NCBI GenBank assembly: GCA_045536865.1 | Contig: JAZSOK010000163.1 | Span: 14,960 to 78,959 of the forward strand | Direction of reading: 5' to 3' | Length of the DNA stretch: 64,000 bases | Source: Eubacteriales bacterium | Lineage (GTDB): Bacteria > Bacillota > Clostridia > Oscillospirales > CAG-272 | Shown: one piece after another, positions 29,076 through 39,322 of the stretch | How the letters are laid out: each line of letters starts with the position of its first letter | Position numbering within the stretch: position 1 is the stretch's first letter | Program-made: the position numbers and the translations under genes | The notes under the pieces: generated by a model | What the model was told of the DNA's origin: nothing | The model's database searches: none | What the model saw: the letters and a program-made list of their open reading frames with translations, nothing else

Positions 29076-30755
29076 ATGAAAACACGGGCGCTTTCTTTTG
29101 CGGCATGGCTTTTATTATGTCTTGCGCTTTTGACCTCCTGTGCCTTTGGAAACAATCTTTCCGTGCCTTCAAATGCGTTAGATACGGATGCACCCACCGT
29201 TTCCACCGAATGTGCGACCGATGCACCAACAAGCGTGCAGACAACGGCACCGACCGCAGTGCCTACCGAGGCACCGACGCATGTCCCGAGTGAAGCGCCT
29301 CAAACGGCACCGCCAACCGCCGCGCCTACCCTTGCGCCGACAGTAGCGCCAACGGATGCGCCGACGAGTTCCCCAACGACAGTGCCGACGGCGGCACCGA
29401 CTGTGGCACCAACCGAAGCACCAACCGCGGCGCCGACCACGGCACCAACGGCAGTACCCACCGAAGTACCGACCACGGCACCAACGGCAGCGCCAACCGT
29501 GGCACCTACGGATGCACCGACCGATGGCGAGGCGGCATGGGTTGACCCACAGCAAGTCATAGACGAACTAAAAAAGACGGGCGTACCGCCGTTTTCGGAA
29601 GACAAACTTTACGCAATGTCTTTTTATTACCAGTACTTATATGTCGGTGAGATGCCGACACCTGCCCTCGTTGCTTCGGAAATGAAGCGTCTGTACGAGG
29701 AGGTTTTTGCGGATGAGATTGCCGCAAACGACGTGACGGCGGTGACGGATGCTCTGCTTGCCTGCTATCAGGCGGCGGTCGGCGACAAATACGCTATGTA
29801 CTATAACGCCGATGCGTATCTGTCCTATCAAGAGGATTATAACGCCGAGTATACGGGCATTGGCATCTATTTGCATTATCTTTCGCTAACGAACGAGGCG
29901 CAGGTTCTGTCTGTCTATAAAGACACGCCCGCCATGGAAGCAGGCATACAACCGGGTGATTATATCGTGGCGGTTGACGACGTTCCCGTTAGCGAACTTG
30001 GCTATTACGGCCTTTTGAACGCCGTGCGCGGTGAGGCAGGGACGTTCGTAAAAATCACCGTTGAACGCAATGGCGTTCGCCACACCTACACGATGGCGCG
30101 GCGCACGTTACAGGGCGTTAGCGTGACGGGGCGGCTTCTTTTGCAGGACGAAACCATCGGATATATTAAAATAGAGCAGTTTGATAGCAAGACGGCGGCA
30201 CAGTTCAAGTCGACGGTCGATTCCTTGATATCTGAGGGGGCAACTCGCCTGATATTTGATTTAAGAGACAACCCGGGCGGAGAGGTGTCCGCAATCGTGG
30301 AGGTCTTGGATTATTTACTGCCCGACGGCGGACCAATTGCTTCTTTTTGTTATAAGCAAGGAAGCGGCATAGAGGACGAGGTGTTTTACGCCAAGGACGG
30401 ACACAGTATCTCTTTGCCGATGGCCGTTCTTTGTAACGGCTACACCGCCAGTGCGGGAGAACTGTTCACGGCGGCGTTAAAGGACTATCAGGTTGCGACC
30501 GTCGTTGGCGAGGTAACTTACGGAAAAGGAACGGCGCAAACCGTTTTGCAATACAAGGATGGCTCGGCGTTTACCCTGTCCATGGCGCGGTACAACCCTC
30601 CGTTTAGCGGAAATTACGAGGGTGTTGGCGTCATCCCCGACATCAAAGTGATTTTGGACGAGGAGGCGGCAAAGGTCAACGTTTTCTTGCGTGACGATGC
30701 CATTGACAATCAACTTCAAGCCGCGGTTTTCGTCTTGAACGGAAATGCCGATTAA
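29076..30755 (+). CDS. S41 family C-terminal processing peptidase, lipoprotein with long Pro/Thr/Ala linker
   Basis: Lipobox LLTSC, a PDZ region, catalytic Ser motif GYTASAGELF and Lys motif TYGKGTAQ. Confidence 0.9.
   Translation: MKTRALSFAAWLLLCLALLTSCAFGNNLSVPSNALDTDAPTVSTECATDAPTSVQTTAPTAVPTEAPTHVPSEAPQTAPPTAAPTLAPTVAPTDAPTSSPTTVPTAAPTVAPTEAPTAAPTTAPTAVPTEVPTTAPTAAPTVAPTDAPTDGEAAWVDPQQVIDELKKTGVPPFSEDKLYAMSFYYQYLYVGEMPTPALVASEMKRLYEEVFADEIAANDVTAVTDALLACYQAAVGDKYAMYYNADAYLSYQEDYNAEYTGIGIYLHYLSLTNEAQVLSVYKDTPAMEAGIQPGDYIVAVDDVPVSELGYYGLLNAVRGEAGTFVKITVERNGVRHTYTMARRTLQGVSVTGRLLLQDETIGYIKIEQFDSKTAAQFKSTVDSLISEGATRLIFDLRDNPGGEVSAIVEVLDYLLPDGGPIASFCYKQGSGIEDEVFYAKDGHSISLPMAVLCNGYTASAGELFTAALKDYQVATVVGEVTYGKGTAQTVLQYKDGSAFTLSMARYNPPFSGNYEGVGVIPDIKVILDEEAAKVNVFLRDDAIDNQLQAAVFVLNGNAD
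29187..29528 (+). repeat. Coding tandem repeat: about 114-residue (A/V/E/D)PT-rich linker
   Basis: DAPT..TAPTAVPTEAPT..APTVAPTDAPT.. repeated many times. The GC-rich DNA repeat creates spurious ORFs on other frames. Confidence 0.9.
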
Positions 30756-30821
30756 AGGCAACTGACGGTTGCGTTTATCTGTGACAGAACGGTGTTTGTC
30801 ACAAAAAGAAAGGAACAAAAA

Positions 30822-32342
30822 ATGAAGAAATCTTTTTTCTCTGCATACGGCAAGCGCGCGCTCGCGTTCGTTCTTCTTCTCTTAATGATGATCCCTCTTA
30901 CCGCTTGTGGCGGTGACGGCAACGAGGGTGGAACAGAGCAGGGCTTTGATTACGAAAACTGCAATTTCTCCGAGTATTTGACGTTGGACCTCGCCGCCTA
31001 TGAGGGCACGGAAATCAGTGTTCCTCTTGCGAAAACGGTCACGAAGGAAGAAGAGGAAAAGGCCCTCAACGAGTTGCTTCGTTATTACGGCACGGAGATT
31101 GACGTTGTTGATCGCGCCGCCGTTGAAGGCGACACGCTCAAAATTTATTATCGCGGCGTGCTTGTCGCAGAGGACGGCACGGAGAAGGCTTTTGACGGAG
31201 GCACTGCCATGAGTTTTGGCAAGCCGAGCAAATTGACACTTGGCTCCGGTCAGTTCATCCCCGGGTTTGAGGAAGGCCTTGTTGGCGTTGTGCCGCAAAA
31301 CACCTATAAGTTTGTGACGGACGAGTCACTTGCCTTGCAAAAGGATAGCGTTTTGCACGTGACGTGCAAAGGCACTTATGAGGGCATGAGCGAGCCCCTG
31401 AACAAGGAAGACCAGCTGCTTGATTTCTCCGCTTGCGCTTATGGCGAGGCGTTTGTGACGGCGATGCTCGGCGCAAAGGCGGGAGAAACACGGACCTTTA
31501 CGGCCGCTTACGATGCAAACGGCGACAAAACGGCAGAGGACGTGGAATTTACCGTAACGGTGAAAGACGTTTTAAGTCTGAATGCTTGTACGGTGACGGC
31601 AACCTTCCCGACACCTTATCATTCCGCTGAGTTGGAAGGTAAAACGGCGAAGTTTTATGTGTGGGTAGAGTCCATTATTGATATAGAGCCTGCCGAATTA
31701 ACGGACGCCTTCTTAAAAGACAAACTGAAATATACCACGGACGAGACGGACATCATGGCGGCTTTCCGCGCGGAGTTTCTTGCTGATTTGCAAAGCGCAC
31801 GCGATGCCGACGTGAAGAACGCCACCCTGTCAAAGATTTGGGATAAACTTATCGCATCCGCCAAATTTTCCAAGTTGCCCGAGGGCGAGGTAGATGCCAT
31901 AGTAAAGAGCATGCGTGAGGAAGCGGAATATTATCTTTCTTATTATCAAAATTACGGCTATTCCTTCGCAAACCTTGCCGATTTTGTCATTCAATATTAC
32001 GGTTTGACGGATAAGAAAGCAGACGACTTTGACGTCGATGCTTACTTTGAGGAGCAAGCGGACAAGAGTGTACGGCAGTATACCCTCCAGTGGTACTTGA
32101 TCAACACCTATGCCCTTACGGTGGATGACGAAAAGTTGGCAAAAGCGGAAGCAGATTTTTACGAGGATCAAGCCGCAAGTTCTTCTTCGTCAGGCCAGTC
32201 GATGACGGCTACGCAAATCAAAGAACAGTATGCAAAAGAATACGGCGAAGATTATGTCAAGGACTATATTCGTGAATCCTTGCTTGTTGAGGCGTTGAGC
32301 AACAAAATGCTCGAAAAAGTTCAAATTAAGTACGAAAAGTGA
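30822..32342 (+). CDS. Lipoprotein, trigger-factor-like, paralogue 3
   Basis: Lipobox PLTAC. TLGSGQFIPGFEEGLVGVVPQ and TFPTPYHSAELEGKTAKFYVWV are TF PPIase motifs. Start at ATG 30822. Confidence 0.8.
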   Translation: MKKSFFSAYGKRALAFVLLLLMMIPLTACGGDGNEGGTEQGFDYENCNFSEYLTLDLAAYEGTEISVPLAKTVTKEEEEKALNELLRYYGTEIDVVDRAAVEGDTLKIYYRGVLVAEDGTEKAFDGGTAMSFGKPSKLTLGSGQFIPGFEEGLVGVVPQNTYKFVTDESLALQKDSVLHVTCKGTYEGMSEPLNKEDQLLDFSACAYGEAFVTAMLGAKAGETRTFTAAYDANGDKTAEDVEFTVTVKDVLSLNACTVTATFPTPYHSAELEGKTAKFYVWVESIIDIEPAELTDAFLKDKLKYTTDETDIMAAFRAEFLADLQSARDADVKNATLSKIWDKLIASAKFSKLPEGEVDAIVKSMREEAEYYLSYYQNYGYSFANLADFVIQYYGLTDKKADDFDVDAYFEEQADKSVRQYTLQWYLINTYALTVDDEKLAKAEADFYEDQAASSSSSGQSMTATQIKEQYAKEYGEDYVKDYIRESLLVEALSNKMLEKVQIKYEK

Positions 32343-32361
32343 GAGTAAATAAAATACAAAC

Positions 32362-32410
32362 AGAGGATATGGATTTGCATCGTACAAATCCATATCCTCT
32401 GTCTTTTTTA
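32362..32410 (+). terminator. Intrinsic terminator, member of a conserved hairpin family (see 58100)
   Basis: AGAGGATATGGATTTG-N7-CAAATCCATATCCTCT followed by gtctttttt. Confidence 0.8.
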
Positions 32411-32457
32411 TACGCTTTTTTAATTTTTCGTCGGATGTGAAAGCCGAAAGGCAAAAA

Positions 32458-33945
32458 TCAGTCCTTGCGCTTTTCTTGTGGCGACGGCTCTTTGCCGCCC
32501 TTTTTTTGTTTTGCGGGGGACTTCTTTATGCGGCTATTCACACGCGGCTTGATTTTTTCTTGTATGTGGCGTGATACGATAGAGCGCAAAGGCTCGCTTG
32601 GCGGCTCGGGGGAACTTTCTTTTTCTTCTTTTGGAACGTTCCCACTTGCCTTTGCCGCAGACACCTGCCGTGCGGTGGACAACAAACGCAAGACAAGGAA
32701 GGCCGCTAACAGAAGGAAAATGAGAATGGTGATCGGATGGAGAAGAATATAAGATAAGAAGGAGGTCAATTCCGAAAGCAGACTTTTTGAAACGGCGTAA
32801 TTTGTCACCAAGTCCACCTCTGTGACAACAGAATTGTCAAGGAGGACTTGCAAAGTGCCGACTTTTTCTGCAAGCTTGACGGGTGCCGTCAACTCCTCCA
32901 CGTCCCAAACGATATGATAACTTAAATGATCGTCGAGCGCATCGTCACGGGGGAGAAAACAGTTGACGTTTTCGGCAGGTACGACGGTAACGGTATCGGC
33001 TTGCCGCGAAAGGCGGACAGGCAACGTGCCTATGATATCGTAATCGTTAAACAGAAGGCGAAATTCAAAGCCTGAACGCGCAAAATCAAGCAACTGAATG
33101 GTCGTGTTGTAAACGTTATTCTCGGGAACGACGTAAGAATTGAGAACGGAATTCCAGACGATAGCAGGCGCATCAAAAACAACGACGAGATAGGAAAGTT
33201 CCTCGAATTTTCCAAACGCAACCAACGTGTCGGAGTCGTTACTGACGGCCATGCCTTTCATATCCGAGCGAAGAAAATCGTAATGTCCGTTTCGATAATC
33301 GAGCGCACAACGACTGTAAACGGTAAGTTTTTTTCCGTTGATAGATACGCTTTCCGTGCCGGAAGAAGAAAGGTCGGAAAGGAAAGAGTTGCAATAAAAT
33401 TCAGAGGCAAGCAATGCGGTATCGCGCGCCGTGGTCGTTGATTTGTCGTTCGCCGTCGGGGAAATTTGCGTGTAAACTGTTGACGACATTTCAAGTTCCG
33501 CCGCATACGCGTTCATTTTTGAAAGGAAGGTTGCGGTGTCGCCTGCGGCAAGCACGGCAAGGGCGCGGGTCGCATCGCTTGCACCCCGAAGAAGCATGAT
33601 GGCAAAGAGGTCGCGCACAGAGATTTTGTCGCCCGCCTCCAAATTATAACCGTCGGCATCCTTGACCATCTCCTCGGTCAAGGTGACGGTTTGTGTCATT
33701 TTGTCTTGCAATTCATCATAGGCGACCAATGCCACCATCAAGTGCGTGGTGTCCTTGGGCGCCATTTTCTTATCGCCCTCTACCTCTAAAAGGACGGAAG
33801 CGGTTTCAATGTTGTAAAGAAGCGCGGAGCCCATACCCGTTGGCGCGGGATATTCAAGCGCACGGGGGGCGATCGGGAAAAGGAAAAAGGAGAGCAAAAG
33901 ACATAGAGATACGGCGGCGACGGTAAGACGACGGCATGTTCTCAT
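32458..33945 (-). CDS. PBP5/DacB-like (S11 D-Ala-D-Ala carboxypeptidase fold) protein with degenerate active-site motifs, C-terminal TM and Lys-rich tail
   Basis: Signal peptide. Alignment by eye to E. coli PBP5: SxxK becomes DTTH (APKDTTHLM), SxN becomes GAS (LLRGASDA), KTG becomes KGM. C-terminal transmembrane segment ILIFLLLAAFLVL. Confidence 0.65.
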   Translation of the reverse strand: MRTCRRLTVAAVSLCLLLSFFLFPIAPRALEYPAPTGMGSALLYNIETASVLLEVEGDKKMAPKDTTHLMVALVAYDELQDKMTQTVTLTEEMVKDADGYNLEAGDKISVRDLFAIMLLRGASDATRALAVLAAGDTATFLSKMNAYAAELEMSSTVYTQISPTANDKSTTTARDTALLASEFYCNSFLSDLSSSGTESVSINGKKLTVYSRCALDYRNGHYDFLRSDMKGMAVSNDSDTLVAFGKFEELSYLVVVFDAPAIVWNSVLNSYVVPENNVYNTTIQLLDFARSGFEFRLLFNDYDIIGTLPVRLSRQADTVTVVPAENVNCFLPRDDALDDHLSYHIVWDVEELTAPVKLAEKVGTLQVLLDNSVVTEVDLVTNYAVSKSLLSELTSFLSYILLHPITILIFLLLAAFLVLRLLSTARQVSAAKASGNVPKEEKESSPEPPSEPLRSIVSRHIQEKIKPRVNSRIKKSPAKQKKGGKEPSPQEKRKD

Positions 33946-34041
33946 AGGCGTTACTCTCCTTTGGCTTTGGCGGACCGATGATATGCGGCAGAGGGGTCCG
34001 ATACGACTGTCGCATGGTCATTTGACCGTTAAAGTGCGAGA

Positions 34042-35172
34042 TTATTTGAAAAATTTCTTGAAAAATCCGTTTTTCTTTGCGTGGTTGTTATCCTTGCATT
34101 TATCGGCAAAGCAACGCAAAAGTTCCTTTTGCTCGCTTGATAAATTGGTCGGCGTTTCGATGTTGACGGTGTAAATCAAATCGCCCTTTCGTGAAGGATA
34201 GTTGACGTCAGAGATGCCTTTTCCACGCAACGTAAAGGATGTACCTGTCTGTGTTCCTTCGGGGATGGTCAACTTCTGTGTGGTACCGTCGAGAAGCGGC
34301 GCGTCAAGTTCCGCGCCGAGCGCGGCATCCGTGAAGGTGATGGGAAGATCGGCGTAAACGTTGTTGCCGCGGCGCTCAAAGAATTCATGGTCGCGCACGC
34401 GAATCTCAATGATGAGATCACCGTTTGCGCCGCCGTTTTTGCCTGCATGTCCCTCGCCGCGCAAAGCGATGCGTTGACCGTGGTCAATGCCTGCGGGGAT
34501 AGATACTTCTATCTTTTTCGTTACCTTAACGTTACCTGTTCCGCGGCAGTTTTTGCATGGTGTTTTGATAATTTTGCCCTTCCCGTTACAAGCACTGCAA
34601 GGACGTGAGGACTGCATGATGCCAAGGGGTGTGCGCTGTTGGACGGTCACTTGACCTGTTCCGTGACAGGTGGTGCATCGTTCTGCCGTTGTGCCTGATG
34701 CGGCACCGCTTCCTTTGCAATCGCCGCATTTTTCAACGCGGTTGAAGGACACCTCTTTTTTACATCCGAAAACGGCTTCGTTAAAATCAATGGTCAATCG
34801 AACGCCGACGTCTTCACCTTCCATGGGGGCGTTTGCGCGTGAAGAGGAAGCGCCACCGCCAAAGAAGGACGAAAAAATATCGCCGAAATCGAAGCCGCCA
34901 AAACCGGCACCGCCGCCGAAGCCGCCACCGCCAAAGCCGCCGTTTTCAAATGCGGCGTGACCAAACTGGTCGTATTGCCGACGCTTCTCGGCATCCGATA
35001 AGATGCCGTATGCTTCGTTGACTTCCTTGAATTTTTGCTCGGCGTCCTTGTTGTTGGGGTTCATGTCGGGGTGGTACTGCTTGGCGAGTTTTCTGTAAGC
35101 ACGCTTGATTTCGTCGTCGCTTGCGGATTTCGATACACCCAAAACGTTATAATAGTCTTGCTTTTCTGCCAT
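34042..35172 (-). CDS. dnaJ: Molecular chaperone DnaJ
   Basis: J domain (YYNVLGV...HPD), G/F region, four CxxCxGxG zinc-finger repeats. Confidence 0.96.
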   Translation of the reverse strand: MAEKQDYYNVLGVSKSASDDEIKRAYRKLAKQYHPDMNPNNKDAEQKFKEVNEAYGILSDAEKRRQYDQFGHAAFENGGFGGGGFGGGAGFGGFDFGDIFSSFFGGGASSSRANAPMEGEDVGVRLTIDFNEAVFGCKKEVSFNRVEKCGDCKGSGAASGTTAERCTTCHGTGQVTVQQRTPLGIMQSSRPCSACNGKGKIIKTPCKNCRGTGNVKVTKKIEVSIPAGIDHGQRIALRGEGHAGKNGGANGDLIIEIRVRDHEFFERRGNNVYADLPITFTDAALGAELDAPLLDGTTQKLTIPEGTQTGTSFTLRGKGISDVNYPSRKGDLIYTVNIETPTNLSSEQKELLRCFADKCKDNNHAKKNGFFKKFFK

Positions 35173-35263
35173 GGAAATCTCCTTCGTAAACGGACAGGCT
35201 CATTCGGTCATGCGCAGAACAGAAAAACTGTCCTGCGCATGGATGATGTCATTGGATGTTTGT

Positions 35264-37174
<1,911 letters not shown>

Positions 37175-37185
37175 TTAATAGGCTA

Positions 37186-37755
37186 TCAGTTCGCCACTCT
37201 GACCATCGCGTGGCGGATGATACGATCTCCGCGGCGGTAGCCCTTTTGGTAAACGTCTGTAACGATGTTTTCACCGAGGCTCTCGTCCTCTATGTGCATC
37301 ACCGCGTTATGAATTTCGGGGTCAAACGCATCGCCCGGTGCGCCGAACACTTCTATACCGAGTTTTGTGAGGAAGACATCGGTTGATTTGGCGATCATTT
37401 CCAGTCCCTGCCGTACCTGCTCTGCATCGCCGCCTGCGGCAGACGCGCGCTCTAAATTATCAAGGAAGGGAAGAATTTCGGCAATGCAGTCCGCAACTGC
37501 CTCTGTGTAAACCCCCTCGCGCTCCTTTTGGGAACGGCGGCGGAAGTTGTCGTACTCGGCAACGACACGGAGGTGTTGGTCCTTCATCGCCTCGATTTCT
37601 TTTTCAAGAGAAGACAACTTTTGTTTGCATTCTGCAAGTTCCGCCTTTGACTTGTCTTTCTTTTCTTTCTTAGACGTTGTCTTGGCATCCTCTGCTTTCT
37701 CTTCGGTGCTCTTTGCACACGCCTCGTCGTCTTGTATCTTTATGTTTTCATCCAT
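37186..37755 (-). CDS. grpE: Nucleotide exchange factor GrpE
   Basis: LRVVAEYDNFRRRSQKE...GYRRGDRIIRHAMVRV is the GrpE signature. Its start overlaps the hrcA stop. Confidence 0.93.
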   Translation of the reverse strand: MDENIKIQDDEACAKSTEEKAEDAKTTSKKEKKDKSKAELAECKQKLSSLEKEIEAMKDQHLRVVAEYDNFRRRSQKEREGVYTEAVADCIAEILPFLDNLERASAAGGDAEQVRQGLEMIAKSTDVFLTKLGIEVFGAPGDAFDPEIHNAVMHIEDESLGENIVTDVYQKGYRRGDRIIRHAMVRVAN

Positions 37756-38827
37756 TGTCTTCGGTTGTTCCTTTCAATAAATTTTGCGACGGTGTGCCAT
37801 CAATCAGTGCGCGTGAGATGCCGCCCGCCAGATGATTTAAGGTTTCTATTACCTTGGAATAATCCATGCGGCGAGGTCCGATGATGCCGATTGTACCAAG
37901 CACTTGACCGTCTTGGCGTATTTGCTTGAAAATGAGCGTGGAATTGCTCATAACGTCCACGGCGTTTTCACTGCCGATATACACGGCAATGTCCTCGTTG
38001 GGTGCCGATGATATCATATCCAAAAGTGGCGACTTTTTGTCAAGCACGCCAAGAATATTGCGGAAATTTTCCATATTTGAATACTCGGGGTACTCTAAAA
38101 GGTGATCGACACCCTCAACCTGTAATTCCCCGTCGTTCAGTTCGCGCATCGTTTCGTAGATAACTTTGACAAGCGGCGAGACAACCGATGCCGCGCGCCC
38201 CATCTCTTGTTCAATGTCGAAAACGACGGACAAGGCGATTTCGTCATAGGAAAAATCGGTCATGTGGGCGTTTAGGGAAAAGCAAAGCGTGTGCAATTCC
38301 TCCGCACTGATGGACAGGACGGAACGCACGGTCTTGCTTTGTATCAGGCCGTTTTCAAAAAGCATGACGAGGACAAAGTGATAATTGTCAATATAGACCG
38401 TTTCAAAGCGTTTGATGCGTACGCCACTGGTTTTCGGGCGCGCCGTAATGGCGGCATAATTGGTCATGGCGGCCGCAAGGCGAGATGCCTCGGCAAAAAT
38501 GCGGTCAAGTTCCGTCATCTTCGATTGCAACGAAAGATTTAGTTGCTCGATTTCGTTCGTCGTCATGCGGTAGCGTTGCAAAAGCGAATCGACGTAAAAA
38601 CGGTAGCCAAGTTCGCTCGGCACTCTGCCTGCCGACGTGTGAGGTTGCTCCAAATAACCGAGCAGTTCGAGTTCCGCCATTTCATTGCGAATGGTGGCAG
38701 ATGAACACGCCAACTGCTTATTTTCGGCAAGAAGACGGGAGCCTACGGGCTCGCCGCGAGCAATATGTGCATCGACGATGGCTTGGAGAATTAACTGTTT
38801 TCGTGCGCTCAATCGGTCGTCTTTCAC
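37748..38827 (-). CDS. hrcA: Heat-inducible transcription repressor HrcA
   Basis: LSARKQLILQAIVDAHIARGEPVGSRLL winged-helix N-terminus. Start set to GTG 38825-38827 because the ORF-track start at 38866 lies inside the CIRCE operator. Confidence 0.9.
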   Translation of the reverse strand: MKDDRLSARKQLILQAIVDAHIARGEPVGSRLLAENKQLACSSATIRNEMAELELLGYLEQPHTSAGRVPSELGYRFYVDSLLQRYRMTTNEIEQLNLSLQSKMTELDRIFAEASRLAAAMTNYAAITARPKTSGVRIKRFETVYIDNYHFVLVMLFENGLIQSKTVRSVLSISAEELHTLCFSLNAHMTDFSYDEIALSVVFDIEQEMGRAASVVSPLVKVIYETMRELNDGELQVEGVDHLLEYPEYSNMENFRNILGVLDKKSPLLDMISSAPNEDIAVYIGSENAVDVMSNSTLIFKQIRQDGQVLGTIGIIGPRRMDYSKVIETLNHLAGGISRALIDGTPSQNLLKGTTEDNG

Positions 38828-38859
38828 TTTTTCACCCCGTTTCGGCAAGATGCAAGAAA

Positions 38860-38886
38860 TTAGCACTCTCGCATGTCAAGTGCTAA
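38860..38886. promoter_or_regulatory. CIRCE operator TTAGCACTC-N9-AAGTGCTAA (1 mismatch)
   Basis: Read directly, immediately upstream of hrcA. Confidence 0.88.
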
Positions 38887-38897
38887 ACGCTGTAACC

Positions 38898-38926
38898 AAT
38901 TTATCACTTTCTCGGCAGAAAGTCAA
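38898..38926 (-). promoter_or_regulatory. hrcA operon promoter TTGACT-17-TAAATT
   Basis: Read on the minus strand, 11 nt upstream of CIRCE. Confidence 0.6.
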
Positions 38927-39089
38927 TAGATAGCATGCGTTTTATTGTGAACAAAGTGTTAATTTGCCAAGAGATCCATTTTTATGGCGGGCGATCCTCT
39001 TCGGTGGTGAAAATGATGCAAAGGGAGAAAAAACACGAAAAAAATTGTACGAAAGCATAGAAAAACAATCCCTCCGCCGCCGAAGATAC

Positions 39090-39118
39090 TTGACATTTGA
39101 CATGACATCGTTTATAAT
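39090..39118 (+). promoter_or_regulatory. Consensus sigma-A promoter TTGACA-17-TATAAT
   Basis: Both hexamers are perfect with a 17-nt spacer, about 200 nt upstream of rny. Confidence 0.65.
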
Positions 39119-39141
39119 ATTATTATATGGATATATGAGGT

Positions 39142-39185
39142 CACGCCGAAAAAGGCGTTTTTAATTACCTAAAACGCCGCTTTTT
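39142..39185 (+). terminator. Two mutually exclusive hairpins with U-tracts in the rny leader (possible attenuator)
   Basis: acgcc-gaaaaa-ggcgt+tttt (39142-39161) overlaps ggcgtttt-N9-aaaacgcc+gctttttt (39153-39185). Confidence 0.45.
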
Positions 39186-39322
39186 TATCGGAGTGCCGAA
39201 ATTATTTATATTGAACGCAAGGCCGATTACGGCAAAAATAGAGTCGTGGTTACACGAAAAAGACGTTTGCCGAAAAGGCCCAAACAAGAGACAGAAGGAC
39301 AAAGGAAAAGGAGGTGTACGGG

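Noticed and set aside
29178-29605. Minus-strand ORFs (125 aa R/C/W/G-rich; 101 aa G/A/V-rich) and plus-strand ORF 29356..29562 over the PT-repeat DNA
   Set aside because: They are artefacts of the GC-rich tandem repeat that encodes the (x)PT linker of the S41 lipoprotein. The frame with the lipobox and peptidase domains is clearly the real one.
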